Positions 9,001 to 15,402 of a stretch of 55,518 nucleotides of DNA are shown here, piece after piece. The translations under genes were made by a program, and so were the position numbers. Location of the stretch: assembly GCA_947259245.1 (NCBI GenBank), contig CAMYLP010000007.1, forward strand, positions 1 to 55,518, written 5' to 3'. The notes under the pieces are model-generated. The model was given only the letters and a program-made list of their open reading frames with translations. It was not told the origin of the DNA and ran no database searches. The stretch is from an uncultured Patescibacteria group bacterium (GTDB lineage: Bacteria; Patescibacteriota; Minisyncoccia; Phycocordibacterales; UBA12088). Position 1 is the first letter of the stretch. Each line of letters begins with the position of its first letter.

Positions 9001-10604
9001 ACGATACGGTCACAATTTCTGAGAACATTACCAGCAACAGCGACGCGGGCGCCGCGACCGAACTAGCTACTACGTCCGTAACTTGGGCTACTGGGTGGTA
9101 CGAGGTTGAGATAGACTGGCTCTCCGATGACTCTATCAATGTTACCGTCTACGACGATACGGAGTCGGTCTTTGCGACAACGTCAGTGACCGACAGTACG
9201 TACAGTTCGGGAGGCATGGGATTTACGTTCTGGTTCCAGAACGAGGGTTGGGACTTTTACAGCGTTCGTCCATACGTGGCAAACGAGCCATCATACCGAA
9301 TCGGGCTCGAGCAGGGTGACAGTGGAGCAACATGGAAGGTAGCACAAGATACAATGCTCACAGGCCAGCCACCGAACGAGAACTTTCGATTGCGCTTCAT
9401 GGTGGAGAACACAGGTACCCAGATCAGTGGTCAGTACTGGCGCTTGCAGTATGCATCCAAGGGTGCATACGGCGCCTGTGAAGGAGTGCCTGATGTTGAC
9501 TACAACGATGTGCCCAACGCTTCCGGATGCGGAACATCACCCGTCTGTATGACCGCAAGTACACAAGTGACCGACGGGGAAGCGACAACGGAACACCTAT
9601 ATTCGGTACTCGATGGAGATTTTGTCGCAGGTGACGTTGTTGAGTCACCATCAAATCAAAGTGCATCCTCCACACTGGAGCAGAACAACATCACTGAAAT
9701 TGAGTACAGTATGGAGTTCACCGACTATGCGACAGACTCGAATTACTGCATGCGGACAACAAACGGCGGTGTGGAACTTGACACGTACCTACGTGTAGCG
9801 GAGGCTTCCGTCCGGTTTGCACCGGTCATCACGAACTGGAAGCTTAACCAGGATCAGAACATAAGTCTCATTGAAGGACAAACGGTCACGGTCTACGCTA
9901 CCGGTACCGTGAGCGACCTCAACGGTTACACCGACATTCTCTATGCAACCTCAACCATATACCGGAGCGGCGTGACCGACACCTGCAGTGAGGACCTCAA
10001 CAACTGCTACCGTCTGAACTCACTCGAGTGTCCACTCACCGGCTGCTCAGGCAACAGCTGTACCGTCGAATGCAGCGCTGATATTCAATTCTTTGCCGAG
10101 CCAACAGACGTCGGCAGCACCTATGCTGCAGAACATTGGGAAGCATACCTCTACGTCATTGACAGTACCAGCAACGTAGCAACCGATACCTCGGTTGCTG
10201 TGGACCTATACACCCTATGGGCACTCGCGCCTAAGACAGCGGAAATCCAGTATGGGACGCTTGGTGTGGGACAAGACACCGGTGCAGTTAACGCAAGCTC
10301 AACATTCCAAAACACCGGCAACGATACCATTGACATCACGGTTGAGGGTACGGACATGACCGCCGGTCCCAGCACAATTCCTGTTGCGAATCAAAAGTAC
10401 GCAACGTCAAGCTTCACCTACTCTGCATGTGCCATTTGCACAGCCCTTACAGGTACTGCAAGCACATTTGAGGTAGATCTGCCAAAACCTACAAGTACCA
10501 CGACTCCAATAACCGACGACCTGTACTGGGGAGTCTACGTGCCTACCGGGACGGCAGGTGTTGCACACTATGGGCTGAACACATTCTATGCAACAGGAGA
10601 TTAG
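3..10604 (+). CDS. Giant secreted/surface repeat protein, 5' end cut by the window edge (3,533 codons visible)
   Basis: Frame 3 is open from nt 3 to TAG 10602-10604. I translated nt 3-119 by hand and found no stop; the ORF-track start at 117 is an internal GTG. The protein is T/S/G-rich. It contains blade-like W repeats, beta-helix-like tandem repeats, three ~290-aa paralogous modules, a DUF2341-like plus LamG-like pair and a Cys-containing C-terminal module. Confidence 0.9.
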   Translation, partial: GASTQSIGDDFEWANLNRDVGSDAIAVCYIDEDNDIGVVHWTGAAWANQQELETLGNADTDRPVDCAYETEGARNGYVMAVYSDTTNVRYQSWNGATWSGEASVSTITDASTVQTARSDDGLILAVAFDDVNSQYDFSYWNGSVWSSAQTLETSPSVTGSPYKEPFMMAPRNSAVAGTLYSPTIDFDDGNGPQWDQVSWTDSEPGNSTTTYQVEYYDTASSSWKLVPDVDIPNNSVGTTTGPIDINSLNTTTYNELRIKAYLECDQSSNCPVINDWTVTWSEGINVSGIAREYDQVTNVTAGTVAVAVNGAEQIGKTGSITAGNWTISNVTTFPGDVVTVWIDGAGEANEAVAVTVYDGSGPITGMTLYEQHLSIGSDDNATTTNLELGSFDNSVSGDEDIFFDVDASNDLYVCESGQPSCGSEQLWVRDGSTYAPSTSTAEVIHTHDIDIEGTLVASGNTFEVSGSWTNDGIFLADTSSVIFDATSTLESIDSSTATTSAFNNVTFGQGASNATWTLSSLLDIDGTLTATSGVLAPGAGYEIMIADDLVIGPTGVFVKSTGTTTFDGTGTSNWSDASSGLQDMGLVVVDGNNKTIALTSDVKATTVLVGADDTLALGGYTLELTGSFDNNGTLVPQNGEVLFSSTGGGNTIDAGASSFYDLTFTGAGGAWSFPSGEVSATNDVTMTSGTVTMPTGTTTIGGSLLITGGTFVHNNGLVYFNAATAETITASTSAFFDMTFNGSGSWTMQDTVATSSNDVSLTSGTVTFPTGTFNIGGSLTTSAGTFEHATGTVRFYSTGTETVSTNGSAFYNLLVDGASGDITLSDTNVTVVNDVIILAGNLNLPTGTLDIAGSLDSAFGTFYHATGTVAFTSLDTGETVETGGSNFYNVTFNSATGGWTVSADATSENDWSLQSADTFIAPSGGTIEVQGDLTNLVGGASTTWSGSTLYLNSGATSTINTKTQGADSYATLQLGADTDIKMWNSTSSTYTVDTTGSLYSQDHDGVDGDLYIWGTYVRTSGTEYWASATDFDGTNLSGGSERSVQVRFADSAYATITGATLEIQGTSTATTSVAHQGTGDYGVTVEDGTVNAQYYSFTNLDANGFTISGSSSITSLDNGHFTLTQNGGTLMRVSSSTIDANPTKQVFVLGFATTSAITGTNVAVVGTAPSSYWTFRDHYGNLDGEGYDNDPGGNPGELRWDDSAFVIAVSGTVYSGEGAGVPTFCDGATPVVYLKVDGAGSYSASCAAGTGAYSIPNVTFSGDVVLTAYLKTAGTEAATVSRTPNGNITDFDLYERRIIVRHEDVTPLTIEDMSIFDDTDDLDVPFIATTTIIHQLLTEPDTKLYVWQNKEFAPGGDVTLESGGSGASYDGSIHLADNAIFTAASSEEHSVGGSWTAATSSTFVRADSIVTFTATTSGKTIQPASSFFDVEFNGTGGSWTIASSTTIRGELLLSAGTVTGTADLTVFDGPVTGDGVFNMTGGAVTLLHGDSFGGNSDWTFHDIIFATSTATTTTKVGTGDIVIDGELTIGVNHTLQAGSVEWFFSGSGTVLTHTGTWAPQTSTTTYNGNLDTTIAAVNYYTLQAAPTSGSPTYTVETGNFTVDKEFLVGAGAAVTVQANTNDPLITVLGDMTIAANATYEAAGANDLFIGGSYDNNGTFAANGGGVIFNSTDTGETVSAGGSTFHHMDFKSSTGGWTLTESATSTGNFSISSSSDWTLSSGEILEVQGMFTNLVGGASTTWTGSTLYLNSGTSYSVNTRTDAGDAYSTLSVGANTDVRMWYSTSTSFSVNGSGSLYSQDHDGVDGDLYIWGDYVRSAGTDYWSWATDFDGTDLSGVSERVVDVYVASGSTITRSGGTLEMLGTSTATTTIQNQGSGTYSFNISGGTISAQYYALRNMDASGLNISGSPTVTSLSDGNLELSVDAGTLITVAASVITANPLKIMYNNRFATTSGVTTGTNVTATGVTGSSWRFTSHYGNFDGEALDADPGGDPGYIIWDDSAAQITLSGYVYGTDEATVSSVCDGSTPVVRFLINGANPTTTSCNAGTGLYQFTGIVYNVGDVFTVYLDTNGGAKAANVTVDPITNINDMNLYEDRLIVRHEGGDPITIDDLDAYDADQDADILFDADVGSPDTLTLDAGSKLIVWDSKTLAPGGDVSVAPLGGGTSYDGTLELQDDAGFTAAGTESHTVGGSFESGTGSSLTAANSTFTFTATTSGKTIDSNTSAFANMVFNGSGGGWTFVEGDATTTGGVTITSGTVTLATSTFAVGGSLSNSDTFNGTTTTFIFTGSGTETITFGGDDAGSLVFTGSGSWSMLDTNATSTGSVSIQSGTVTLPSSTLAVRTSFDNTGGSFVQTAGTLELYGIEAAQTLTLGGSSLGSLLVTGSGSWSFVDTAATTTGSVTIASGGLIAPAAALGIGGSLIASSTFNANGGTLYFFATTTGQTVDPGGATLATVIFEGSGGGWTVATSATSTGDWVLQTGASYTMATGTVLEVGGMFTNEIGGAATDWTDSTLFLNASGTTYSINTKTSTGDTYAFLTIGENTHLSMWNSSAATTTTQTSAYLYSQDHGNNDGSLYIYGMYERSTGTEHWSYATDFDGTALGGSSRAVDVRIASSSSVVLTGGALNIVGAVGNVTVIDVITSGAYEFNVDGGTFNAEHYSVSGTDALGLNFSGTPTITNMNNGTYTLTTNGGTMMRVSSTTINANPSRTFSTLSFSTSTGITSGYNITRVGTTSNIWQYVNHAGNYDGEDFDSDGVDACGQIRWSDSDCLEVSQTHYRFRNDDGGEAAPDSEWYNASWSKRKPIKIYNSGGPELTNYAFEVEIPYDSDMQADFDDLRFTDDSGTTSLSYWFEDVALSATATAWVKVPTVEADGVTRIYVYYGNALATSDENGANVFSFFDDFEDNNITEYSGSAQDISYFATNASYNWEGSYGLSASGGNTDKQTNGGIYRTGAASTTQDSTIRFFQKITAGTDDEPCTLFGVQGSGQNYGVCLDQYTNDTVTISENITSNSDAGAATELATTSVTWATGWYEVEIDWLSDDSINVTVYDDTESVFATTSVTDSTYSSGGMGFTFWFQNEGWDFYSVRPYVANEPSYRIGLEQGDSGATWKVAQDTMLTGQPPNENFRLRFMVENTGTQISGQYWRLQYASKGAYGACEGVPDVDYNDVPNASGCGTSPVCMTASTQVTDGEATTEHLYSVLDGDFVAGDVVESPSNQSASSTLEQNNITEIEYSMEFTDYATDSNYCMRTTNGGVELDTYLRVAEASVRFAPVITNWKLNQDQNISLIEGQTVTVYATGTVSDLNGYTDILYATSTIYRSGVTDTCSEDLNNCYRLNSLECPLTGCSGNSCTVECSADIQFFAEPTDVGSTYAAEHWEAYLYVIDSTSNVATDTSVAVDLYTLWALAPKTAEIQYGTLGVGQDTGAVNASSTFQNTGNDTIDITVEGTDMTAGPSTIPVANQKYATSSFTYSACAICTALTGTASTFEVDLPKPTSTTTPITDDLYWGVYVPTGTAGVAHYGLNTFYATGD
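75..437 (+). repeat. Three ~50-aa blade-like repeats at the visible N-terminus of the giant protein
   Basis: IAVCYIDEDNDIGVVHWTGAAW / YVMAVYSDTTNVRYQSWNGATW / LILAVAFDDVNSQYDFSYWNGSVW recur about every 150 nt. The pattern runs into the window edge, so further units probably lie upstream. Confidence 0.6.
1500..2729 (+). repeat. Tandem ~76-aa beta-helix-like repeats (about five units) in the giant protein
   Basis: The motif S-[AS]-F-[FYN]-[DN]-[LMV]-T-F-x-G-x-G-x-W...T-S-G-T-V-T-x-P-T-G-T...G-G-S-L recurs at nt ~1500, 1971, 2199, 2427 and 2652. Confidence 0.7.
2730..3611 (+). repeat. Paralogous module A1 (~294 aa) of the giant protein
   Basis: Runs from DWSLQSADTF to ELRWDDS and aligns end to end with A2 and A3. 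It is followed (3612-3980) by a ~120-aa tail (VSGTVYSGEG..CDGATPVV..IVRHEDVTPLTIEDM) that also follows A2. Confidence 0.85.
5145..6002 (+). repeat. Paralogous module A2 (~286 aa) of the giant protein
   Basis: Runs from DWTLSSGEIL to YIIWDDS. By eye more than half of the residues are identical to A1. A tail at 6003-6383 (LSGYVYGTDE..CDGSTPVV..IVRHEGGDPITIDDL) parallels the A1 tail. Confidence 0.85.
6672..7424 (+). repeat. Second block of tandem ~75-aa beta-helix-like repeats (about four units)
   Basis: SAFANMVFNGSGGGW..TSGTVTLATSTFAVGGSL; SLVFTGSGSW..QSGTVTLPSSTLAV; SLLVTGSGSW..IASGGLIAPAAALGIGGSL; TVIFEGSGGGW. Confidence 0.7.
7425..8312 (+). repeat. Paralogous module A3 (~296 aa) of the giant protein
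   Basis: Runs from DWVLQTGASY to QIRWSDSDC. It is colinear with A1 and A2 but more diverged, and it lacks the B tail. Confidence 0.8.
8397..9270 (+). other. DUF2341-like domain followed by a LamG/concanavalin-A-like domain inside the giant protein
   Basis: The DUF2341 signature is WSKRKPIKIYN..LTNYAFEVEIPY..FDDLRFTDDSG..LSYWFE..AWVKVP..RIYVYYGN. It is followed by FFDDFEDNN..GWYEVEIDW..VTVYDD..GGMGFTFW, which has lectin/LamG-like strand patterns. Confidence 0.75.
9825..10601 (+). other. C-terminal ~259-aa Cys-containing module, paralogous to the C-terminus of the 624-aa protein
   Basis: Colinear shared motifs: SDLNGY / TDENGC; RSG; NNCY / NYCY; FAEPTDVGSTYAAEHW / IADPTDVGSEYPGEDW; IQYGTLGVG / IAYGSFQPG; NTGNDTID / NTGLDHYL; DDLYWGVYVP..AG.HYG.N / DDTYWGILVP..AGDYIGRN. 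Confidence 0.75.
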
Positions 10605-10678
10605 TAGACACAGTACGTATGATATGCACTATAAAGAGCAAGGAGACATGAACTCAGAACGTAGCACGACATAAACGT

Positions 10679-10684
10679 TATATA
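10679..10684 (+). promoter_or_regulatory. -10 box TATATA, 6 nt upstream of ATG 10691
   Basis: Read directly from the sequence. No Shine-Dalgarno sequence lies in between. Confidence 0.4.
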
Positions 10685-10690
10685 TATTGT

Positions 10691-11377
10691 ATGCGCGCGG
10701 TACTCACCACCATAATAGTTGCAGCCATCCTTGGTAGTGGGGGTGTGTTCATGTGGCGGTACTATGGGGGATTTGAGGGAGAACAGGCTGCAGCTGTGGC
10801 ATTTATCAATGTCTATGGTGATTACGCCGAGGTTGCCGAGCGTGTTGAGCTGTTGGTCCACCTTCCAAGTGTCGAATCGAACACAGACCGCGCCGAGCTC
10901 TTTGTACTGCTAGAAAGCATGCTTACCGAAGATATGGACGTGACAAGACGAGAGGAGCTTGCACGTCTTGCATTCTCAAATTTGGATTCGTTGAAAAAAG
11001 AAATAGATTCTGCTCAAGCTATGCAAGCAGCGCTGTACGAGTCGCTGCAGAAACTCGACAATGCGGCACGGGTATTTCGTTCGATTGAACTTCAACGGCG
11101 CTCGTCAGAGATCGTTGCCGTCGCGCGCAAGCGTGCAGAACTCTCCGCACGCATCACTTCGGTGCAGAGTGAGATCAACGAGCACGCGTACGCAATCATA
11201 ACCCAAGTGCTGGCGGACGAAGGTGAACTAACCACAGAACACATTAACGCCATAAACAATGCAACGACGCTTGCTGAGGAGCGGTACGATACACTGCGTG
11301 CACTGCATGAAGAACTAATTGCGGATCAAGAGCGCTTGACGCGTTTGTTCAAGGAGTTTGCCGATGCTGCGCTGTGA
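10691..11377 (+). CDS. Membrane-anchored alpha-helical protein of unknown function
   Basis: 228-aa ORF with an N-terminal TM segment (AVLTTIIVAAILGSGGVFMW). The rest is charged and helical. A TATATA box lies 6 nt upstream of the ATG. Confidence 0.7.
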   Translation: MRAVLTTIIVAAILGSGGVFMWRYYGGFEGEQAAAVAFINVYGDYAEVAERVELLVHLPSVESNTDRAELFVLLESMLTEDMDVTRREELARLAFSNLDSLKKEIDSAQAMQAALYESLQKLDNAARVFRSIELQRRSSEIVAVARKRAELSARITSVQSEINEHAYAIITQVLADEGELTTEHINAINNATTLAEERYDTLRALHEELIADQERLTRLFKEFADAAL

Positions 11378-11421
11378 GCATATATCCACATGGCAGGTAC
11401 TCCTGATCGTGAAAAGTACGT

Positions 11422-11427
11422 CATACT
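11422..11427 (+). promoter_or_regulatory. -10 box CATACT, 6 nt upstream of ATG 11434
   Basis: Read directly from the sequence. Confidence 0.4.
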
Positions 11428-11433
11428 GTACCT

Positions 11434-13983
11434 ATGTATAAAAATGGGGTAGCGCTAGCGCTAGCCGGTGGTCTCGCGAGTACCATACTTGGTGCAGGTA
11501 CCATTGTTCTTGACCAGCCGAGCAGTCAATACCTTGCTACGACAATTGAACATGCATCAGATACCGTTGACGTTACTATGTACGACAGTGCATCGGATAC
11601 GCAAGGAGTGTCGAGTGAAGGCGATGTATACGATCCCACGGACGCGTACAGTGTTTTGACGGACGCGATACATGCGGAAGCAACGAACGAAACGCAGAGT
11701 GACACCATGGCGGAGACCACCTACAGTACAGCCCCGACCGTCGGTGAGGACTCCCTCCACATAGAACCAGTTTCCACGGACACGCACTCTGCGGGTTATG
11801 ACATCAGCGCCACTGAGAGTTTTCATCCCGACACAGAATTCTATATCACCTGTCCGTTTCCCGTGGCAGAGGGACGGATACTCATAGATTTCACTGTTGG
11901 TGGCACACACTCTGTTCAGGACCTCGTTGTTGAGGCAAATAGTACACAGCAGGCTGCACAACGAAGGATTTCAACCACAGTACCAGCCGGTACGTACGAA
12001 CTGCGACTTGCGTCATTCTATCCCGAAGCGTCTGTTAATAGTTTTGAAAGACAGCAACAGTGGTACCTTGAACTGTACGGTGACAAGGACGAGGTCGTGG
12101 CACAGAGCACGAAAACGCGTGACATTAATGACGACGAGCAGCTGGTAACGGAACTCGTCCCAACGCTGAACCTCCCCACAAGCATCGTTACGACGATTGC
12201 ACGACACGGGGCATATCCGGACGGTGGCGCTCACCCAGTCGCCCCACTCTGTGTCGCCCTCGATCGTGTGCCCAATCTCACTGGCACAGACGGGGAGGTA
12301 GTGGGAGAACTCGTAAACGTTGTCAGTGAACCAGTTGTAGTCTCCGAATCCACGCATGTATCATGTCCTTTGCCCCCACGGAGTAACAGAACGATCGTAG
12401 ACTTTACCAAGGCAGGTGCGAATAAAGTGGATGATCTGGGGATTCGTGCAAACGGGACACAGTATGACGCACGACGAGGACCGACATCAACGTATATTCC
12501 TGAGGGTCTGTACGAGGTACGGTATGCGAGTCAGAGCGCTGGAGCTGAGACGAGTACAAAGGACCATGAGGAGTGGTTCGTAATTCTGTACGATGCCGAA
12601 GGTTCGATACAGGTTGAAGTTCCTCCGGCTAGAGACATACCCGACTGGGATACTACCTACGTGAGTAAAGTTGACACCCCCATCAGCATAGACAGAGTAG
12701 TGACACGTGTAGATGGTGTACACCACATGTATCCACACAGTAGCTCGTACCTGTTTGTTCCGTTGTGTGTGAGTTTCGACCGTGTTGGTGGACCCGACGA
12801 GCAGGGTGACACGAAGAATGATGCATTTCTTCCGGTCACTGATACGACGGAAGCCGACCTTCCATTGAATGTAACACGCACGATGGAGCGTGTGCCGACC
12901 GCTCTCGAGCAAGAGCCGTATGAAGTATCGCTCACACCCGTACCAGAACCCGCAACGATAGGTCTCGAGACCACAACGAGAGATATCGTGGCACCGGGCG
13001 GAATCATAACGGCACGCCAGGCGGTTGTGGAAGAGATGGGTGACGTTCCGTTCGACGTACTCCGCACCTCTTCGCAGAAGGGCAGGGAGGATTTGGTACA
13101 ACGATTATTTTCCTACCATCCTACCGCGGTACATGGAACTACGGTTCCACCACTGCCATCAAACACACTTGCGCGTACCTCACGCGAAGGCGAACATACT
13201 CCTTCCGATGCACCGACAGGTGATGAGAATTGGAATATTGTATCGTCCGATGGCATGATCAGCACCCAACAGGACAACACGTTCACGGAACGGCGTGGAA
13301 TTATTCGCCTGCGTGATACCGACGGCGACGGCATATCCGACTATGACGAGGAAAACATTTACGGCACCAATCCCGATGATCCATTTACGGGCAGGAGCAT
13401 ACTATCAGACGGTGAGCGGGTGCTGCTCGGTCTTGATCCTAGGACGAATGATACGGAGCCCGTCGTGGTCGAGTCGCCTCGTGTCACCGGGAAGGAAGTT
13501 CCCTGGCTGTTCACGGTAGATACTGTTGAGTTTGCGGGTGAAGCCTCCACTAGTGCTTCTCGCTCGTCCGAAACGTCCGTCCGATTAGCTGGCACTGCTG
13601 AGCCACTTTCATTCGTAACGCTATATATTTACAGTACCCCCGTCATCATCACTGTTCGAGCGGACGCGGCAGGGAGGTACGAATATACCGTCGACCAAAC
13701 ACTAGAAGACGGTACGCATGAGGTATTTGTGGCAAGCGTCGACAACTCGGGTAGGATTCTCGCAAAGAGCGCGGCAGTGCCTTTCGTGAAAACTGCAGAA
13801 GCTATCGAGTTTGTTCCGCTGACCGCGACAGCTGATCCGGTCGAGAACTCCATGCAGATAATGCTACTGTCCGGTTTTGGTCTCGTCCTTCTACTCGCGT
13901 CAGCCGGAATTGTGTGGATTGGTATGCTGAGGTCGCGCCGCGACACGTTCGATAAAGTATCAGAACAGCATGAGGAAACGTAA
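11434..13983 (+). CDS. Surface protein with a duplicated Cys-bracketed domain, a thrombospondin-type-3-like Ca-binding motif, an Ig-like domain and a C-terminal TM anchor
   Basis: 849-aa ORF with an N-terminal hydrophobic segment (VALALAGGLASTILGAGTIVL). It has two ~144-aa paralogous domains, the motif DTDGDGISDYDEENIYGTNPDDP, and a C-terminal TM (LLSGFGLVLLLASAGIVWIGML) followed by RSRRD. Confidence 0.85.
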   Translation: MYKNGVALALAGGLASTILGAGTIVLDQPSSQYLATTIEHASDTVDVTMYDSASDTQGVSSEGDVYDPTDAYSVLTDAIHAEATNETQSDTMAETTYSTAPTVGEDSLHIEPVSTDTHSAGYDISATESFHPDTEFYITCPFPVAEGRILIDFTVGGTHSVQDLVVEANSTQQAAQRRISTTVPAGTYELRLASFYPEASVNSFERQQQWYLELYGDKDEVVAQSTKTRDINDDEQLVTELVPTLNLPTSIVTTIARHGAYPDGGAHPVAPLCVALDRVPNLTGTDGEVVGELVNVVSEPVVVSESTHVSCPLPPRSNRTIVDFTKAGANKVDDLGIRANGTQYDARRGPTSTYIPEGLYEVRYASQSAGAETSTKDHEEWFVILYDAEGSIQVEVPPARDIPDWDTTYVSKVDTPISIDRVVTRVDGVHHMYPHSSSYLFVPLCVSFDRVGGPDEQGDTKNDAFLPVTDTTEADLPLNVTRTMERVPTALEQEPYEVSLTPVPEPATIGLETTTRDIVAPGGIITARQAVVEEMGDVPFDVLRTSSQKGREDLVQRLFSYHPTAVHGTTVPPLPSNTLARTSREGEHTPSDAPTGDENWNIVSSDGMISTQQDNTFTERRGIIRLRDTDGDGISDYDEENIYGTNPDDPFTGRSILSDGERVLLGLDPRTNDTEPVVVESPRVTGKEVPWLFTVDTVEFAGEASTSASRSSETSVRLAGTAEPLSFVTLYIYSTPVIITVRADAAGRYEYTVDQTLEDGTHEVFVASVDNSGRILAKSAAVPFVKTAEAIEFVPLTATADPVENSMQIMLLSGFGLVLLLASAGIVWIGMLRSRRDTFDKVSEQHEET
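11839..12270 (+). repeat. Domain copy 1 of the 849-aa protein
   Basis: FYITCPFPVAEGRILIDFTVGG...YELRLASFY...WYLELYGDKDE...PLCVALDRV. The Cys codons are at 11851 and 12250. Confidence 0.75.
12352..12786 (+). repeat. Domain copy 2 of the 849-aa protein
   Basis: THVSCPLPPRSNRTIVDFTKAG...YEVRYASQS...WFVILYDAEGS...PLCVSFDRV. The Cys codons are at 12364 and 12766, the same spacing as in copy 1. Confidence 0.75.
13315..13386 (+). other. Thrombospondin type 3-like calcium-binding repeat
   Basis: DTDGDGISDYDEENIYGTNPDDPF (D-x-D-x-D-G-x-x-D-x-x-E pattern). Confidence 0.6.
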
Positions 13984-15400
13984 TCTCGGTTACTACTTCA
14001 GCACAGGTTTTCGGTTTCTCGTGGAACATCCACAGGTGTGGTTTACTGCATTCGTCGGCGCCTTCATACTCGGCGCCTTCATACTTACCGTTTTCAATTT
14101 TGCTGCACTTGCACAAGACGCACAGCGTCAACTCTTCAACGACCGTGCTGGCTGGCTCTTAGACAGCTTTGTTCTCTTTGCCCCGGATACGCTCCAAGAC
14201 CAACCACTTATGCGCACGCGCATTCAGTCGCTCATGGAGCAAAATCGCACTATCGAATACATACAAATTCTTGCACCGCACGGCAACGATGCATACAGGA
14301 TATACATATCGCACGACGGAAGCCAAGAAGGAAGTCTGAGTCAAGATCCTCTCCTCGTACGTCAAGCGGACCATGCTTGGGTGGATACGAGGAATGCTAT
14401 CACCACATTTACAGGCGCGGGGGACGATCGACGCATTGTTACAACCCGGGCCATCCTGGATCCGAGCGGGTCACCGCAAGCCGTAGCAGTAGTAGGCATG
14501 AGGTTGTCCGAAGCGGATATGCTGCTACAACAGGAAATACTTCAAAGCACTGTTGTTCTTGGTCTGGTGCTCATCATCATCATGTATTTGTTCGTACGTC
14601 ATGCGCGTATCGTCGACTACGCCTCACTCTACAAAAAGCAGTTGGAAGTTGATGAACTGAAGGACAGTTTCATATCAATGGCGAGTCATGAACTCAAGAG
14701 TCCACTATCTGTCATACGGGGATACATTGAATTTTTAAAGGAAGGCGATACTGAACCCGAGCAACGCAACGAGTACCTGCGACGTATCGACATATCTGCG
14801 ACAGAATTACGGCAGTTGGTGGATGACATACTCGACGTTTCACGTATTGAAATGGGACGCCTACGCTTTTCGCCCGACTACCTTACGCCCGCTGATGTTC
14901 TTGTAGAGGTTAACGACATGTTCAAGGATGCTGCACACGACAAGCACCTCAAACTTGTCCTGGATGTGGACGAAGATGCGCAGAACGCAATAGTCCGTGT
15001 TGACAGAGGGCGCCTCAAACAGGTCATGATCAATCTTGTGTCAAATGCGGTGAAGTACACGTTTGAAGGTACGGTCGTTATTGCACAGAAACGTACATCG
15101 GCCGGTATAGAGCTGTCAGTACGTGACAGTGGTGTTGGTATGACCGCCGAAGAGCAGCACAATCTCTTTGGCAAATTTTACCGTGTGGAGACGACTGAAA
15201 CGAAAGGTGTCTCTGGCACTGGGCTGGGGCTTTGGATAACAAAATATCTCGTTGACCACATGGGTGGCACGATCACAGTAGAGTCGATAAAAGGTGAAGG
15301 TTCGCGCTTTGTGATACTTTTTCCGGAGCGCAAGAATGTTGATACTGTAGATGATCCGACCAACGTTACCGGCAACGAAGCAGCTTCCCGTACACGTTAG
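13970..15400 (+). CDS. Sensor histidine kinase (two TM segments, extracytoplasmic sensor domain, HisKA + HATPase_c)
   Basis: H-box SHELKSPLSVIRGY, N-box NLVSNAVKYT, G1 DSGVGM, F FGKFYR, G2 GTGLGLWITKY. The ATG at 13970 overlaps the last codons of the upstream gene by 14 nt. Confidence 0.9.
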   Translation: MRKRNLGYYFSTGFRFLVEHPQVWFTAFVGAFILGAFILTVFNFAALAQDAQRQLFNDRAGWLLDSFVLFAPDTLQDQPLMRTRIQSLMEQNRTIEYIQILAPHGNDAYRIYISHDGSQEGSLSQDPLLVRQADHAWVDTRNAITTFTGAGDDRRIVTTRAILDPSGSPQAVAVVGMRLSEADMLLQQEILQSTVVLGLVLIIIMYLFVRHARIVDYASLYKKQLEVDELKDSFISMASHELKSPLSVIRGYIEFLKEGDTEPEQRNEYLRRIDISATELRQLVDDILDVSRIEMGRLRFSPDYLTPADVLVEVNDMFKDAAHDKHLKLVLDVDEDAQNAIVRVDRGRLKQVMINLVSNAVKYTFEGTVVIAQKRTSAGIELSVRDSGVGMTAEEQHNLFGKFYRVETTETKGVSGTGLGLWITKYLVDHMGGTITVESIKGEGSRFVILFPERKNVDTVDDPTNVTGNEAASRTR

Positions 15401-15402
15401 TG

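Noticed and set aside
10648-10674. An 8-codon mini-ORF (MNSERSTT) with an AGGAGA site in the spacer after the giant gene.
   Set aside because: It is too short to assess, the Shine-Dalgarno spacing is only 1-2 nt, and I have no conservation information. It is most likely fortuitous.
13790-13983. A possible sortase (LPXTG-type) sorting signal at the C-terminus of the 849-aa protein (VPLTAT followed by a TM and RSRRD). Similar TM-plus-basic tails occur in the 22940 and 25219 proteins.
   Set aside because: None of the three has a real LPXTG, and VPLTAT is not followed by G. No sortase gene is in the window. Plain C-terminal TM anchoring explains the pattern.
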